Of a DNA stretch of 64,000 nucleotides, positions 49,725-62,978 are shown in pieces. The position numbers and the translations under genes were made by a program. The notes beneath the pieces are model-generated. The model was not told the DNA's origin, did no database searches, and saw nothing but the letters and a program-made list of their open reading frames with translations. Numbering within the stretch: position 1 is the stretch's first letter; each line of letters opens with the position of its first letter. Source of the stretch: Vitrella brassicaformis CCMP3155 (Eukaryota > Protista > Chromerida); the NCBI GenBank assembly GCA_001179505.1, contig CDMY01000592.1, forward strand, positions 248,001 through 312,000. The letters are read 5' to 3'.

Positions 49725-52591
49725 ATGCCGACGATGACGCCCCGCTTGGTGCTCCTGCTGGCTGCATGTTTAGTGGCATGCACGTGCGTGTCGGGTCAGA
49801 AGGTGAGCGTGACGGAAGTGTCGGTGGACAGCGCTGTGGAGGACATCAAGTGGGGCGGTGCGGATCACAGCGTGGTGCTTCTCAAGACGATCAAGGGACG
49901 GCTGTACCGCAGCACCGACTCGGGCAAGCAATGGTACGACATTACCAACAGCCTCGTCCTGTCCGAGACAGAGCCTGGTGCGCCAGCCACGGCCATCACC
50001 GTCGACAGCATGCTAATCAACCCCGTCGACAAGAACATTGTGCTCGTCGTCGGCACCAAACACAGCCACTTCATCTCCAACGACGCGGGACGCACCTGGA
50101 GGAGACTCAAGCAGCGGGTGCCGATCCACTCGTGGCAGTTCCACCCCACCCAGCCGCACTGGGCGCTGCTGAGCGCGTGGAGTGACCAGTGCCACACGGC
50201 GAGCGAGCCGGCCAAGACGGCTGCCGGAGGTGCGGTGACGGACAAGGCGTGCAACCACATGCTGTATGTGACCAAGGATCTGGGTGTGTACTTCCACCTC
50301 GTGTCGAGCTACGTGGTTCAGTTCTCGTAGGGCGACGTCAAGCACAACCAGCAGAACTGGATCTACTTCACCCACCACCGCACCAAGGAGGGCGGTCAGC
50401 CCAAGTACGGCGGCTAGACGAAGAACGTCGACTTCGCCGTCACCGAGGACTTCGGCCGCTCCCACCGGGTCCTCATCCACCATACCAACAAGTTCCTCAT
50501 CTCTAATGGGTACACCTTTGTGACCAAGTCGGAGGACGAGGCCAAGCAGACGGTCGCTCTGATGGTCTCAACCGACGGCGGCAAGACCTTCGAGAAGGCC
50601 AAGCTGCCCTTCGAGCTGTCCGAGAAGTCCTACACGGTCCTGGACACATCTGAGGGGGCCGTGATGCTGCACGTCAACCACGGCGACGAGGGCCGCTCGG
50701 GCAGCGGCGACGTGTACATCTCTGACCACAAGGGCCTCAGGTACTCCCTCTCTCTCCCCAGCAACGTCCGCACCACCACAGGCGAGACCGAATTCGACCG
50801 CGTTCTCTCACTCGAGGGCGTGTATCTGGCCAATTTCAAGGACGACCCAGAGGCCGAGGGCGCGCTGTTTACTGCGGCGGTCGAGAAGAAGACCGAGGAC
50901 AAGGCGGCCGAGCATCAGGAGGAGGAGGTCAGCCAGACGGCGGTCTACTAGCGGCACAAACCCAAGCGGCGGTCGAACGCCGAGGATGTCGTCAAAACGG
51001 TCATCTCGTTCGAGAAGGGGGCCGTGTGGTCGTACCTGAGGGCGCCCAAAATCGATTCCATCGGCAAGAGGATCGAGTGCCCCCCCCCACAGATGCTGGC
51101 TGCACCTACATGGTGTGGCGAATTTCCACAACTACGCGCCCTTCTACTCGGTGGAGAACGCCGTGGGCATCATCATGGGCACGGGCAACGTGGGCCCCCA
51201 CCTGCGATACGAGGCCGACGAAGTCAACACCTACCTCTCGCGCGACGGCGGGCTCTCGTGGGTGGAAGCCCACAAGGGCGCCTTCATCTACGAGTTCGGC
51301 GACCACGGGGGGCTGATCGTCATGGCCGACGACCTGCACAAGACCAACCAGGTGGTCTTCTCGTGGAACGAGGGCCAGTCCTGGTACGACTTCGAGCTGG
51401 GCACCTACCCTGTGGAGGTCGACAATGTGGTCATCGAGCCCAACTCGTCGAGCGTCGAGTTCCTCCTCTACGGCACCAGGGGGGACAACGGCGTGGTCTA
51501 CCACCTGGACTTCAACGCGCTGGGGCAGCCTGCGTGTCAGGGGGTATATGCCGCCGACTCTGTGTCCTCCGACTATGAGACCTGGACGCCCTCTGACGGG
51601 CGGTCGACGGAAACGTGCATACTCGGTCAGTGAGTGAATGAGGCAGATAGACAACACACACAACAGAGGGCATGTTCTCTCTCTCTCTCTCTCTGTGCGT
51701 GTGTGCCTGAGTGCAGGTCGTCAGCTGACGTACACGCGCCGCAAGCAGACGTCCGAGTGCTTCAACGGCCGGGATTTCTCCCGCCCCCTGGCGCGCAAGA
51801 ACTGTGTCTGCACCGAGGAGGACTACGAGTGCGAGTTTGGCTTCACGCGCAAGATCGGCTCACTCGAGTGCCAGCCGGAGGACCCCAAGCTCACCGCCCC
51901 TCACTGCACCTCCGGCAACTTCTTCTACATGGACGCCTACCGACGAGTGCCCGGGGACACGTGCGAGGGCGGCTGGGCGCCCCAGAAGGTGGCGGTGCCG
52001 TGCCCACACAACTCGCCCTTCAGCCGCGGGGCATACAGCGTCCTCTTGGTGCTCTTCCTCTTGTGTGTCCTGCTGGGCGGCATCACCTTCCTCTCCAAGA
52101 CCGATCGGCTCAAGGGCCTCCCAGCGATCTCCTTCCTCAGCCAGGCGGGCTTCGACACCTTCGGGGGCGTCAAGTACGCTCGGCTGGGCAAGGGCAGCCA
52201 CCGGGACGACGACCACCACGACATGGGCTTCATCGACAACGAACACGACGCATACGAGGAGGACGCCCCCAGCCTCATGACATACACCACAACCGAGTCG
52301 CGGCATCGGCTCAATGTCAACCACCACGCACACGACGAAGACGAGCACGAGACGACCACACACATGAATGCGAAGCGGGAGGGGGAGGGGCTGGCCGATG
52401 ACGACACCAACCGGCAGCAGCAGCAGGAGTCGTTGATGGATCTGGAGGGCGGGGGCGGGGCGGGGGGTGCGACAGAGGGTGAGAGGCGGGTGGCCAAGAG
52501 GGCGGCGCTCGAGGCGGCCACCGAGGAGGTACCCAAGTTAGCTCCACCAGCCAATAGCAAAGGCGGCGCCACAGGCAGCGAACTCATATGA
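49725..52591 (+). CDS. SORTLR: sortilin/VPS10 receptor (TgSORTLR-like), disrupted as written by 3 TAG codons and a +1 frameshift
   Basis: signal peptide, Asp-box repeats (RSTDSGKQW, STDGGKTF, SRDGGLSW), 10CC cysteines (TYTRRKQTSECFNG..DYECEFGF), TM and acidic tail; one intron 51626-51716. Confidence 0.85.
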
Positions 52592-53446
52592 CGATGTTGC
52601 CAACGAGATTTGTCAAGGGATGGGTGTGGTGTGGGTGTCGATATGGATGGATCGGTGGATGGATGGGTGGCTACGTACCTAGCTAGGCGTTTCAAACATC
52701 GTGATATCATCACGTCACGTCTATAGAGTGAGTGTACTTGTGTACGGCACGGCACGCCTGTGTGAGATGCGACAGATAGAGATGAGACAGACGGGAGAGA
52801 TGGGACATCCAGGCAGGCAGGCAGGGAATGATCAGAATGATCCCTAGATGTCGAAGATTTGCGACGGCAAGAAACCTCTAGATGTCATGTGTGATGTGAC
52901 GTCCTTTCTTTGATGTTTTGTGCGTACGCGTGAGTTGGCTGGAGGGCGGGTGGCCATTCCTCCCTCCCTCTGCCTGCCTGCAAACAACACTCATTGCATT
53001 TTTTCGGGGTCGTTCGGTCCATTCGCTGTGATGTGATTGATGTGCGTGTCCATAAATCTGCATAAGCAAGCTCTCTCTGCGACCGTCTCCTTTCGCCTTG
53101 GCGTGTGCGTGTGGCCGGCCATGTCATGATGTGACTTGTGTGTGCATGCCATGCCTGACTCCCTCGCTCATGCTCATGCACTACACTGATGATGATTTCA
53201 TGGTGTGGTTCCCATCATCTCGTTCGACCTCACAGCATTACAAAAAGAACAAAGGAGCAGAGCAGAAAAGTCCTTATGTGCACACGCACACACAACCATC
53301 ACTCAGAATCCACACGCACCAAAGCGCACACAACACCGATGACACCGAACCGAACTATCCACAAAACGACACACCACCACATACACCAAGAACTATGTCT
53401 CTACCCCCCTCCCCCGTTGTGTCCTGTCGCACTCATCATCAGTTAG

Positions 53447-55417
53447 TTAGTCCTTCTGGTCCCTCACAATGAACACGATGAAGAGCGCAATCATAAAGGC
53501 GAAGGCCGCGAGCAGCAGCACAATCGACACCTGCACACACACCTGCCCCCCTACCTCGTGGTCAGCCTCGCTGTCCGTCCAGTGAAACACCAGCCGACCC
53601 AACGCCGTGTAGAATGCACGCCATGGCGGCTTGTCCACAGCCGCGGTCGGGGTCGTCTGCTGCTGCGCCGCAGACTTCGTGGTGGCCCCCGGCTCATCCT
53701 CTTCACGTGGGGTGGCGGTGGGCTTCACTTTCTCGGCTGGTCTGCTCCCGTTTGACCGATCGTCGGTGCGCACCCTGATGACCACCTGGTGCTCCCTCTC
53801 GATGTGGCGGTGGTCAGCAATGGCAATGGGGTGGTCGTCGATATCCTGGTCTTGCTGCTCGAGCACGTCCACGTGTGTGCCATACATGGCCTGATCCGAC
53901 AGCCCCGAGATCGGGCTCACGCCGTCCGACCGAGCAGCGGCAGCCCTTCCCCTGTCCGTCCACTGCGCGGCTTTGCGCCCGAGATGGTGGTGGTAGGACA
54001 CGTAGTTGGGACTGCCTTGGGCGTCGTCGTGACGGCGGTGGTAGTGCGGCACGTGTGAGGGCGATGGTGAGTGCTGGCGGGACTGGGGTGTGGGGGAGTG
54101 GGAAGAGCCGGACAGGGGGTAGGCGCCGGAGACGGGGTAGGGCAGTTCTCGGGGGGACGGGTCGTAGAGGGCACTGATCACCTTGGCGGCGTTGTGGACG
54201 CCCGCACGCTCCATCAACCTGCACGCATCGCATACATGCATCGACGGCTTCTGTGTCTCGACGTGCACAGCGCCTTCCTCCGCACCTGAGTTTCATGGTC
54301 GACAGCCGCGGCTTCTCAAGGTCCCTCCTATCCCTATGCGGCTCATCCCTCTCCCGCACCGCAGGCAGCCTCTCCTTGCCCCTGCCGACGTGACTCAGGC
54401 CCTCCATCTGTCGGCCGATCGGACCTGTCGACGCTCTCGTGGTCGGCGTGGCCCGGCTGCTCACCTTGCTCACATAGCTCACGTGTGAGGGACCGCTGAC
54501 GCGTTCGCCCATCATCTGCCTCCGCTCGCCATACACGACGGGCGCGGGGGAGGGGGAGGGGGAGGGGGGAGAGGGGGGTCGCTGGGGCGGGGGGCGGGGT
54601 CGTCTTGTGGCCGGGATTCTGTACGGCTGCGGCGACCGATCCTGCGCCGGCGACTCGACGTCCGAACGGTCGTAGTGACTCGAGTGTGGGGAGGGCGAGT
54701 TGAGGTCGTCTTGGTCATCCCCACCCATCACCCGGCGCATCTGTGTGCCGGTTGGTGGCGGCGCCTTGGGGCCCTTCTTTGCGGACTGCTGGCTGACACG
54801 ACTGACGTGAGACGACTGGTAGGTCGACGCCAGCTGCTGCCCGCCACCAAAGGCCTCGAAGGACTCGTCCAGTGGCGGCCCCCGAGCAGGCGAGTGGCTG
54901 CGCCGCTCCTCCCTCACTTCCCGGCCCTCATGTCTACGAGGAGGATGGTACCGCCTCGAGTGCGAGGTGTATCGAGAGTCAGGAGGCGCCCGCACAGGGT
55001 CGCGTTCCTCAGAGTAGGCGTGGTCGCTGCCGTGCCACGGCCTGTCGTCCCTCGCCTCCCTCCTGCTTGGGTAATCCCTCGGTCGGCTGAAGTCCGAGTG
55101 ATTCCGCCGGGGCACATGTGGCACGTGTGGCGCCTGTGCGTAAGGGGACACCGGCCGGGGCGGTGGCGACACGCTGGAGACTTGTGAGCGCTGGGCGGCC
55201 CGCTCCGCCAGCTGCACCTGCATCCGCCGGACCCGCTCCTTCAGCCTGCACGTTCACACACAGCACAGACGCGATGTGAACTTGCGAAGGTTTGTGTGCA
55301 GTAGCATTCTCCTTGTCGTGTTGAGTGTTACTCGAGGAGCTGCTCGGATGTGGACGGAGCGCCGCGATGGCCGCCGAGGCCTCGGGAGGCATGAGTACCG
55401 TCGAAGTGGGCGCACAT
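53447..55417 (-). CDS. hypothetical R/S/P-rich protein with single C-terminal TM (tail-anchored)
   Basis: long low-complexity ORFs joined by GT-AG introns, ending VSIVLLLAAFAFMIALFIVFIVRDQKD*; start uncertain. Confidence 0.5.
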
Positions 55418-55568
55418 GACGGACGAGGACCAAAAGAAAAAAGAGTCACCGAATCGATGGCCTGGGCATCTCACAGCTTTGGCGGACCGCCCAAGCCCTT
55501 CTACGGGGCGCAATTCCGACAAATGGCTTTCTAACGGTTTGTGTACGTGGGGGCGAGACTGTGGGCCA

Positions 55569-55576
55569 AGCTCGCA
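55569..55576 (-). promoter_or_regulatory. TGCGAGCT motif copy 8
   Basis: AGCTCGCA 38 nt upstream of ATG 55615, in a divergent gap. Confidence 0.6.
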
Positions 55577-55614
55577 GTCTTCCGCTTGTGAAACCGCTTG
55601 CTTTTTGCTTCACC

Positions 55615-58600
55615 ATGAGTGCAAGAGGCAGCCACGGCGGCGGTAAAGAGCAAGGGGACGAGCGCCGCCCGGCGCAAGAAGCGGGCGAGGCCACCATGAA
55701 GACAACAGACCACGATGAGCAACTGTCCGCCGCACAAAAGAGCAGCAAGATAGAGACCGAAAACTTCAGGGCGGCAGAAATCCGCTTCCTGCAGGAGCAA
55801 AACAAGCAGGTGAGGGCTGCTTTTAAAGGAAAAACCACGGGACAGAGAAGCCCCACGTGTGTGTGCGGTGTGTGTGTGTCAGGTGTTGTCCGCCTTGGAG
55901 CGGGCCGAGGAGGAGCGTGAGGATGCCCTTGTGACGGTCAAGGAGTGGGAGGGGCGGGCGCTGGAGATGCAGAGCGACATGGAGGCACTGCAGAAGAAAA
56001 TGGAGGTAGGGAGAGACGTGCGTGTGGGTGCATATGGATGGATGGATGGATGTGTTGCTTGTGTTTGAAGGCGATTGAGCGCCAGTCGAATCAGAGCATC
56101 ACAGATGTGGCGACCAAGGAGGAGCACATCAAAGTCCTCTCTGAGCAGGCATGCAGTGCAGCAGTGAAGAGACAGACAGACAGACCAGATGGGATCATGC
56201 CGCATCCCTTCTCTCCTTTGGTTGTGTCAGAATCGTCAGCTCCTGCAGCTGCTAGAGCAAGAGGAGGGCAGGCACCGAGAGAAGGCTGTCATGGCCGAAA
56301 AGCTCACGGTCGGTCTGTGGGCCAACCAGTGTTGGCTCACCAAACTGATCTCTTTTCATATCTTTCGCTTTCTGTTGTCTGTCAGATCGACAACGAGCGG
56401 ATGACAGTGCAGCTGCAGGAGCTGCAGAAGCGACAGGAGTCAGGCGATGAGGCACTGGGCAAATGGTGAGGCACATGCACACATAGACAGCCCCACTTAG
56501 GCGTCTGTGTTGGGTGCAGGCAGGAGGAAGTGGATCGTCTGTCGACGGGCATGAGGACCGCTCAGGCAGAGGCGGACCACCTGCGGGCCGCACTCACAGC
56601 CCTCGAGGCACAAAGCAAAGTCGACCTGGAAGGTCGGGGTCAGGGAGTCAGGGAGTGAGTGGGCCACACGACACACACATCCATCTATCTTTGGTACTGT
56701 TGGTTGGCTGCAGCGATGGAGCAGGCCCTGTCAGTGGCCAAGAAGAAGAACGTGCAGTACCTGCAGCAGGTCCAGTCACACGAGGTGGCACAACGACGAC
56801 TCCAAACAGACCTAAACCGACTGCTCGTAAGCCAACATTCCTCCCAACGGCACACCCTCTACACACAACACGATGCAACTGCAGGAGGAGAAGCTGCGGA
56901 TCGAGCGTGAGAAGAAGGAGCTCTTCGACCAGCTGCAGGCGGCCACTGCCGGCAGAGAGCAGGATGGCAGGCGCGCCACCAGCCGAGGGGGCAAGAGCGG
57001 CGAGGGCGATGGCGGCGCCCGTCTTCAGCAGCAGGTGGACATGCTCAAGAAGGCACTGCACAACGTTGAGAGGGCCAACGAGAAGCTGCAGGAGGAAAAC
57101 AAATCGGCGGCAGAGAAACACCGCGAAATGACCGATAAGGTGAGATGAGAGGCATCCACATCCTCGTGTGTGTGTGCATGTCTCGTCATTGGCCTTGGTG
57201 TGTGCAGGTGTATTCGTTGATGGACAGCCTGCGGCTGAATCAGCTGGAGCACAAGAAAGTGGAAGCCGACAACAACAACAAGACCAAAAAGGTCCTTTAA
57301 GCTCGCCGTGTATGCATCAATGACATAATGTCTCTCTCTCCCGCTGCCTCCCTCCCTCCCAGGTGCTGTCAGTCGAGAAGCAGCTGCAGGGCGTGCAAAG
57401 CCGACTCAACGCCGAAATCGATGCGAAACAAGTCAGCAGGGCAGCCATCGATAGGCCACACCTGTGTCTCTGTGTCTGTCCTTTCTGTCAGGCTGCCGAG
57501 CAGTCAGCCCGAGAAGCCATCCAGGAGAAGAACCTCACGGACAAGCGGATGAAGCAGATCGAAGAGGTACCACCTGACGTCTCACGTGTAGATGTTCGTG
57601 TGCATATGTCGCTCTTCTTGCCGGGCAGGAGAGTGCAGCGTGCCGTAAGGAGCTGCAGGGTGTCGAGCAGAAGCTGCAAGAGCTGATCGAGCGCAACAGG
57701 GCGCTCGACTCACAGGTAGGTGTGCGGTGGGTGAATGGGGCAGACATCGGTGTGACCCACGGTCGGTTCGTGCAGGTCCATTATTTGTCGGCTCGTGTCG
57801 AGGGTCAGGAAGAGGACAAAGCGCAGCTCAGAGTCGAGAGCCGAAAGTACACACACACACGCACACCCAGGACAGCAGTTTACTGGCATGTCTTGGCTGG
57901 TTTAGACTGGAGGCCTCGATGAAGGAGATGGGGAAGGAGCGCACGTCATACCAGGACCGGATCGGTGTCCTGGAAGAGAGGCTGCACCAGACCGCTGTCG
58001 AGAAGGTGAGCTCCAGACGCAGCGACTCGCTCGACAGAGACACAGATGCATGGGTGCATTTGTTCTGTGTCTGTGTGTCAGGACCAGCTTCGCTCTGAGC
58101 TGGACTACATCAAGCGGGAGGACTTCCTCGACGAAACAGGTCCGTCGACGGGATTTCTGAGCGCCTCTGTCGATTCATGTGTGTGTGTGTGTGTGTGTTT
58201 GTCTGTCTGTCTGTCTGCAGGTCGCACGCGGCCTCTGTTGATTCACAGCACGGAGTCCACACTCGTCGACAGACTCAAGCTCAACGAATTCCTCTACAGA
58301 GTGGGCAGGGCAGGCACGTCACACACACAAGGTGCAGTGCAGTGGATGCCGTGTCTCTCACAGGCCCAGCAAGGTCCCAATCCAGTGCCCGTGTTGGTCG
58401 AGAAGATCGCCCAGCTGCTGGAGATGCTCCACGTCGCACAGACACAGGCCGACCAGTATCTGACGGACCTGGCCCGCGCCAACCAGACGGCGGCTGCGAT
58501 GCGTCAGAAGAACCTGGTGCTGTATGAGAAGTACCAGTGGCTGGAGGACTTCCGCACCAAGGTGGTCTCGCAGGTCATCGCCAACATACTCGACTCGACC

Positions 58601-60214
58601 GACGGATCGCACGTCAACCTCGCCGGGCTGCAGCTCGATGAAAAGATGCTCGGTGAGGCGACCGATCGGCGTGTGTGGATTATGGGGCGTTGTGTGGATC
58701 TGTGTGTGTGTGTGTGTGGTCGTGACAGAGACGTTGCTTGAGTTGTCTGACCGAGAGAGGGTGAGCGAGGTTGCCGACCGGCTGCAGAAGCTGAACCTCT
58801 CACGGAACGGACTCCTGGACCAACACATACCCCCCATCATCCAGGTAGGTGGACACCCGCTAATGCAATGCACCTATGCCACACCCTTTTCCCTCCACGG
58901 CTTTGTCGCGGTGCAGCTGTTGATGCGTTTCCCGTACCTCCGCCGGCTGGACCTTAGCGGCAACTGCCTGTCGTACGAGGGCATCAAGCGCCTCGAGGAT
59001 GCTGTGGGGGCCATCAGCGGAATCACCCTCACACAACGAATCGCCAACCCCCTGGTGCGGACAGACGAATCGGCAAGACACAGAAGGACGCAATGAGACG
59101 CTCGTGTGCATGCGCGTATGATCGTGCAGCGCATCGAGGCTCACAGCGGCCACCAGTTGCGGCTGTGTATCCTCACCGAAGGGCAGGAGGCGCCCCCTCC
59201 CCAATCGCAAATCCCTCTCGACGACGTGGTCAGCCCCCACTACTGACCTCTCCTTCACTCACATGTGCAGCACCCATCCGTGTCTCTGTTTGCCCTCGCT
59301 AGACATCCCCTGACGGTGTGCCCATGGCCTCTCCTGCCGTCGAGGACAAGGATATGGGCCCTGAGCTCAGCAGCTCCTCCATCATGTTGCCCAGCACAGA
59401 CGACCCCACCACTGGCAAACCTCGCCCGCCCCACCACACCACCGTCAAGCTCGCTCGCAGCCAGACACGGCGAATTACACAGGCAGGAGCCGACAAGGCG
59501 CCCTTTCAGCGCTCATCGACGTACCACCACCAGGCCGGCGCCGCACCCCAGGCGGCAGCACCAGCGAGAGGCTCTGCGGTGTCTCTGCCAAAAGTGACGT
59601 CTCTCAAGCCACATGGCCCGCTGAGACACGGGAAATCTATCGATATGGGCAAGCAGAGGAGTGGAGACGACGTTGGCCCCACCACCAAGGGCGACAAAGG
59701 TGACCATGCGTTGCCGAAGCTGATGAGCGCCTCCGGTGGTGGTGGTGGTGGTGGTGGTGGCGGCACGCTGATGCAGTCGAGCGGGTGGGGTGGGGGACCC
59801 CCGCCGCCTTCGAGGAGTAAGGTGAACCGGCCCGTGCCACTCGCACAGGCGGTCAAGGGTAGGTCATTCGACATGTCTGCGGGGCCTGCCCCGTCCACAC
59901 CCGGTAAGAGAGTCACTTGAAGAAGACAAGATTGAGCCATGGATGTGATGTCTCCCTACCTGTCTGCTTGCGCTCGCATCCATCGCTCTCATGCAGATGT
60001 TGGCAGTGTGGCACGAACGAAGTCGTTTGCTCACCCGAAGGACGAGACGGCGTCCTCTCATTCTCAGGTGGGGAGAAAGAGCCCCTACATCACGTCGCAG
60101 ATGTCATCCATCGGTGCGGCGGCCAAGAAGTCCTCATCGCACAAGAAGCGGGAGGCAGCCAAGCCGCCGACTCCCCCGCCCTCCCACGCTCCCCCGCCGA
60201 GGCCACACCCATAG
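55615..60214 (+). CDS. long coiled-coil protein with C-terminal leucine-rich repeats
   Basis: heptad-rich exons; LQKLNLSRNGL and LRRLDLSGNCL LRRs; low-complexity C-terminus. Confidence 0.7.
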
Positions 60215-60362
60215 ACACACCCACAGCCACACCCACCGTCGCCCGGAGCGCTGGAGGAGGATCTCATGTCTCCCTCTTCGTCTATGCCCCAGCTGCCCTC
60301 CAAGACTGTCATGATCCCCATCGACAGCCCAACTTAGTGCGTGAGGGTTGCTATCTGTCTAT

Positions 60363-60820
60363 CTATCGCATATCTGTTGCTGGCTTCTTGCTGCTGCTCT
60401 TGCCGCTGCTGGCGTTTTGTGAAGGGGTGTCTGTGGTCCGTGAGTGAGTGGGTGAGTACACGAGAGCGTCACCGTTTTGTGCGTCAGACAATGTCGCTGT
60501 GCACGCAATGATATAACGAACGTCTTGAAGAGATCAACACATGACGAACACAGTCACGACTTCCACCGACTTGGCACACCCACCGTCCAACACAACACCA
60601 TCAAATCGTCTTGGTTCTGTAGACCGGCCTACGTGTGATGTGCGCCCGTATGGGACGCGACCAGTCGCACCAAAACACTAAGCCCGCCAGGGGAATGAAC
60701 AATGCGCCGATAGTTTCGAAGGCCAGGTCGTATCGGAAGTGCGCTATTTGGATGAGCGATGCCGCAATGGCCGGGCCAAACAATAGCCCCAAATTGAAGA
60801 ACTGACCCATCTGCACACAG

Positions 60821-60858
<38 letters not shown>

Positions 60859-62472
60859 CATACACACTGTCTGCGTCAGATGTGTTATGATTGGCTCACA
60901 ATAGCGAAGGCCTTTCCCTCTCCGCGGACCACCACTTGTTCGTCCATCCACTGACCTGAACGAGCACACCACACGGACGTGACACATCCCCCTCTGCCCC
61001 TCCCTGTCTCTCTGTTGGTTCCCTGCCTGCGGCAGCTGTCGTGATTGTGTCGAGTGCGCCGAAGGGGACGCCGTAGATGGAGAGGGCGGCCACCTGGGAG
61101 GCCGGCAGGGCAGCCGCCCCGAGTGTGCTGCCCAGCCACACTAAAGTGCCCGCACACCACAGCACCATCATGCCTATCAGCAGCAGCGGGCGGACGCCAC
61201 AACGATCGACCAAATATCCCGCAGAAGGCCCCGAGACCGCCTTGAGGACTAGCATCGGGACAAACAGCTCGCCCATCCTGCTGGCAGAGAGCTGGTATTT
61301 CTTGCTCCACAGCAAAGGCAGCAGGGCGGTGCATGCGGACGCGCCCATCCAGCCAGAGGCGAGACTGAGTAAGATGGTGAGGAACGAGGGGTAGGTCAGG
61401 AGGTAGTAGCCTTCTCCAGCTTGGCTGGCGTCGCCGTCGGGGGGTGATTCTTCCTGCTGATCAACGCTAGCCGGCAAAGGCAGATCGACACTCTGCCTGC
61501 GTGGCAGACACACACAGATGGTTTAAAATCAGGACAGGACATGCCCACTCACGAGAAGCATGCCCACCCTCTCGGCCTTCCGGCCTCGTCTCTGGCCGGT
61601 CGTGGTGTGGGGGGCGGGAGGCCGCAATACCCCAACACCGCCACGACCAGCACGGAGATGACAGATGCGATCAGACATACGGACCACGCCAATTTCGACC
61701 CGCCGTAGTCATAAAGGACGCCCCCTATTGCCGGCCCAGCGAGACCACCAGCCTCTGCACAGAACAGAAAGGAGGAAGAGGCAAAGCAGGAAGATTGCTG
61801 TGTGTGTCGTGGCTGTGTGTACCTAACCTACCCCCTAGAAATGCGAGGCCGACAGCTCGTGCTCTGGTGAAGTCGTCGTGTGTTTTCACCAGCCCTCCGA
61901 CGCTCGCTGGAAAGAACAAAGACGATGCGAAGCCCTGAAGGAATGGATGAATGACACAAATAAATGGCCACAAAGATCTCACGATTCCTGATGAATGGCG
62001 GCCGCCGCCGCCGCCATGTTGCACATTTGGATACCTCGACCAGTCTGGATGAGAGGTAGAGGGAAGCGAATCCTGCATGGACGGGGCGAATCAAGGCAAG
62101 GCACCCCAACCAACCAACCAGCCATTGCAAATGGACCAGACAGGCTATTCCGCCCCTGTCTGTGTGTGTCCCTCCACCCAATGGCATGTGATGTGTGCTG
62201 ACTTGGATGATTACGAGGGTGCAGGAGACCACATAGCAGCCGCTAGCAATCACCATCCCAAACCACCAAGACGTTTTGTCCACCAGTATCCCGGCCACAG
62301 GGCACAGGACAAGTGCCACGATGGGCCTCGCCACCAGGACCGAAGAGTGCGTGACGGGGCTGAGGTGCGCAAGGGTCTTGGGCAGCAATATCACCATGAC
62401 GGACTGCAAGAGAATGTCCACCAGGCATAGCAGTGCCACAGAGAAGACCAATCCCAGATGCAGCACCGCCAT
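60363..62472 (-). CDS. MFS transporter (DHA1/SLC18-like), copy A
   Basis: LCPVAGILVDKTSW, GFASSLFFPA..RARAVGLAFL, AGPAIGGVLYDYGG, SGPSAGYLVDRCGVRP, LLFGPAIAASL; 3' end approximate. Confidence 0.8.
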
Positions 62473-62615
62473 CGCCTGTCGCCTGCGAGAGCAGAAAATC
62501 ACAAACCGATTCATCAAATATCATTGCAAATGGGTGCAGTATGTGTCGTCGCATATGGTGCACTAGATCTCAAGGTCTTTACCTTTCCTCCCCGTCGTGC
62601 GATCTTTCGTCGCAC

Positions 62616-62623
62616 AGCTCGCA
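62616..62623 (-). promoter_or_regulatory. TGCGAGCT motif copy 9
   Basis: AGCTCGCA between the two divergent MFS genes. Confidence 0.5.
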
Positions 62624-62978
62624 GGTGCAGATCTGCACCTGTACCTCAAAGCCGGGCGGGGCTTTCTTGCCAGGCACTCGTCGTGTGCTTCCCTCAGGTA
62701 CGTCAGTGGCTCGCGCAATTCGCTGAAAGAAAGGCAGTCAGGATGTGATGTACAGAAAACACCGTGCGCCGCTGTGTATGTGCCTTGGTTTGTGCCGCAT
62801 AAAGGAACCCCAGAAGCTGCAAGAACGACGACCTCCCGTCCTAGACCCGTAGCTAGATCTTTGGTCACCTTGTGATCTGTTTGGGGTTCGGCGCGTGTAG
62901 TGGCTTTATCGGCTGGTGCCCTTGGACGCAGAGGCTTGGCTTCCCGGAGGTAGCTGGCGCATGGTATTGTAGCATTGG

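Noticed and set aside
54545-54600. G-rich tract resembling a G-quadruplex
   Set aside because: It is the antisense of Pro/Ser codons (PPPQRPPSPPSPSP) in the minus-strand gene
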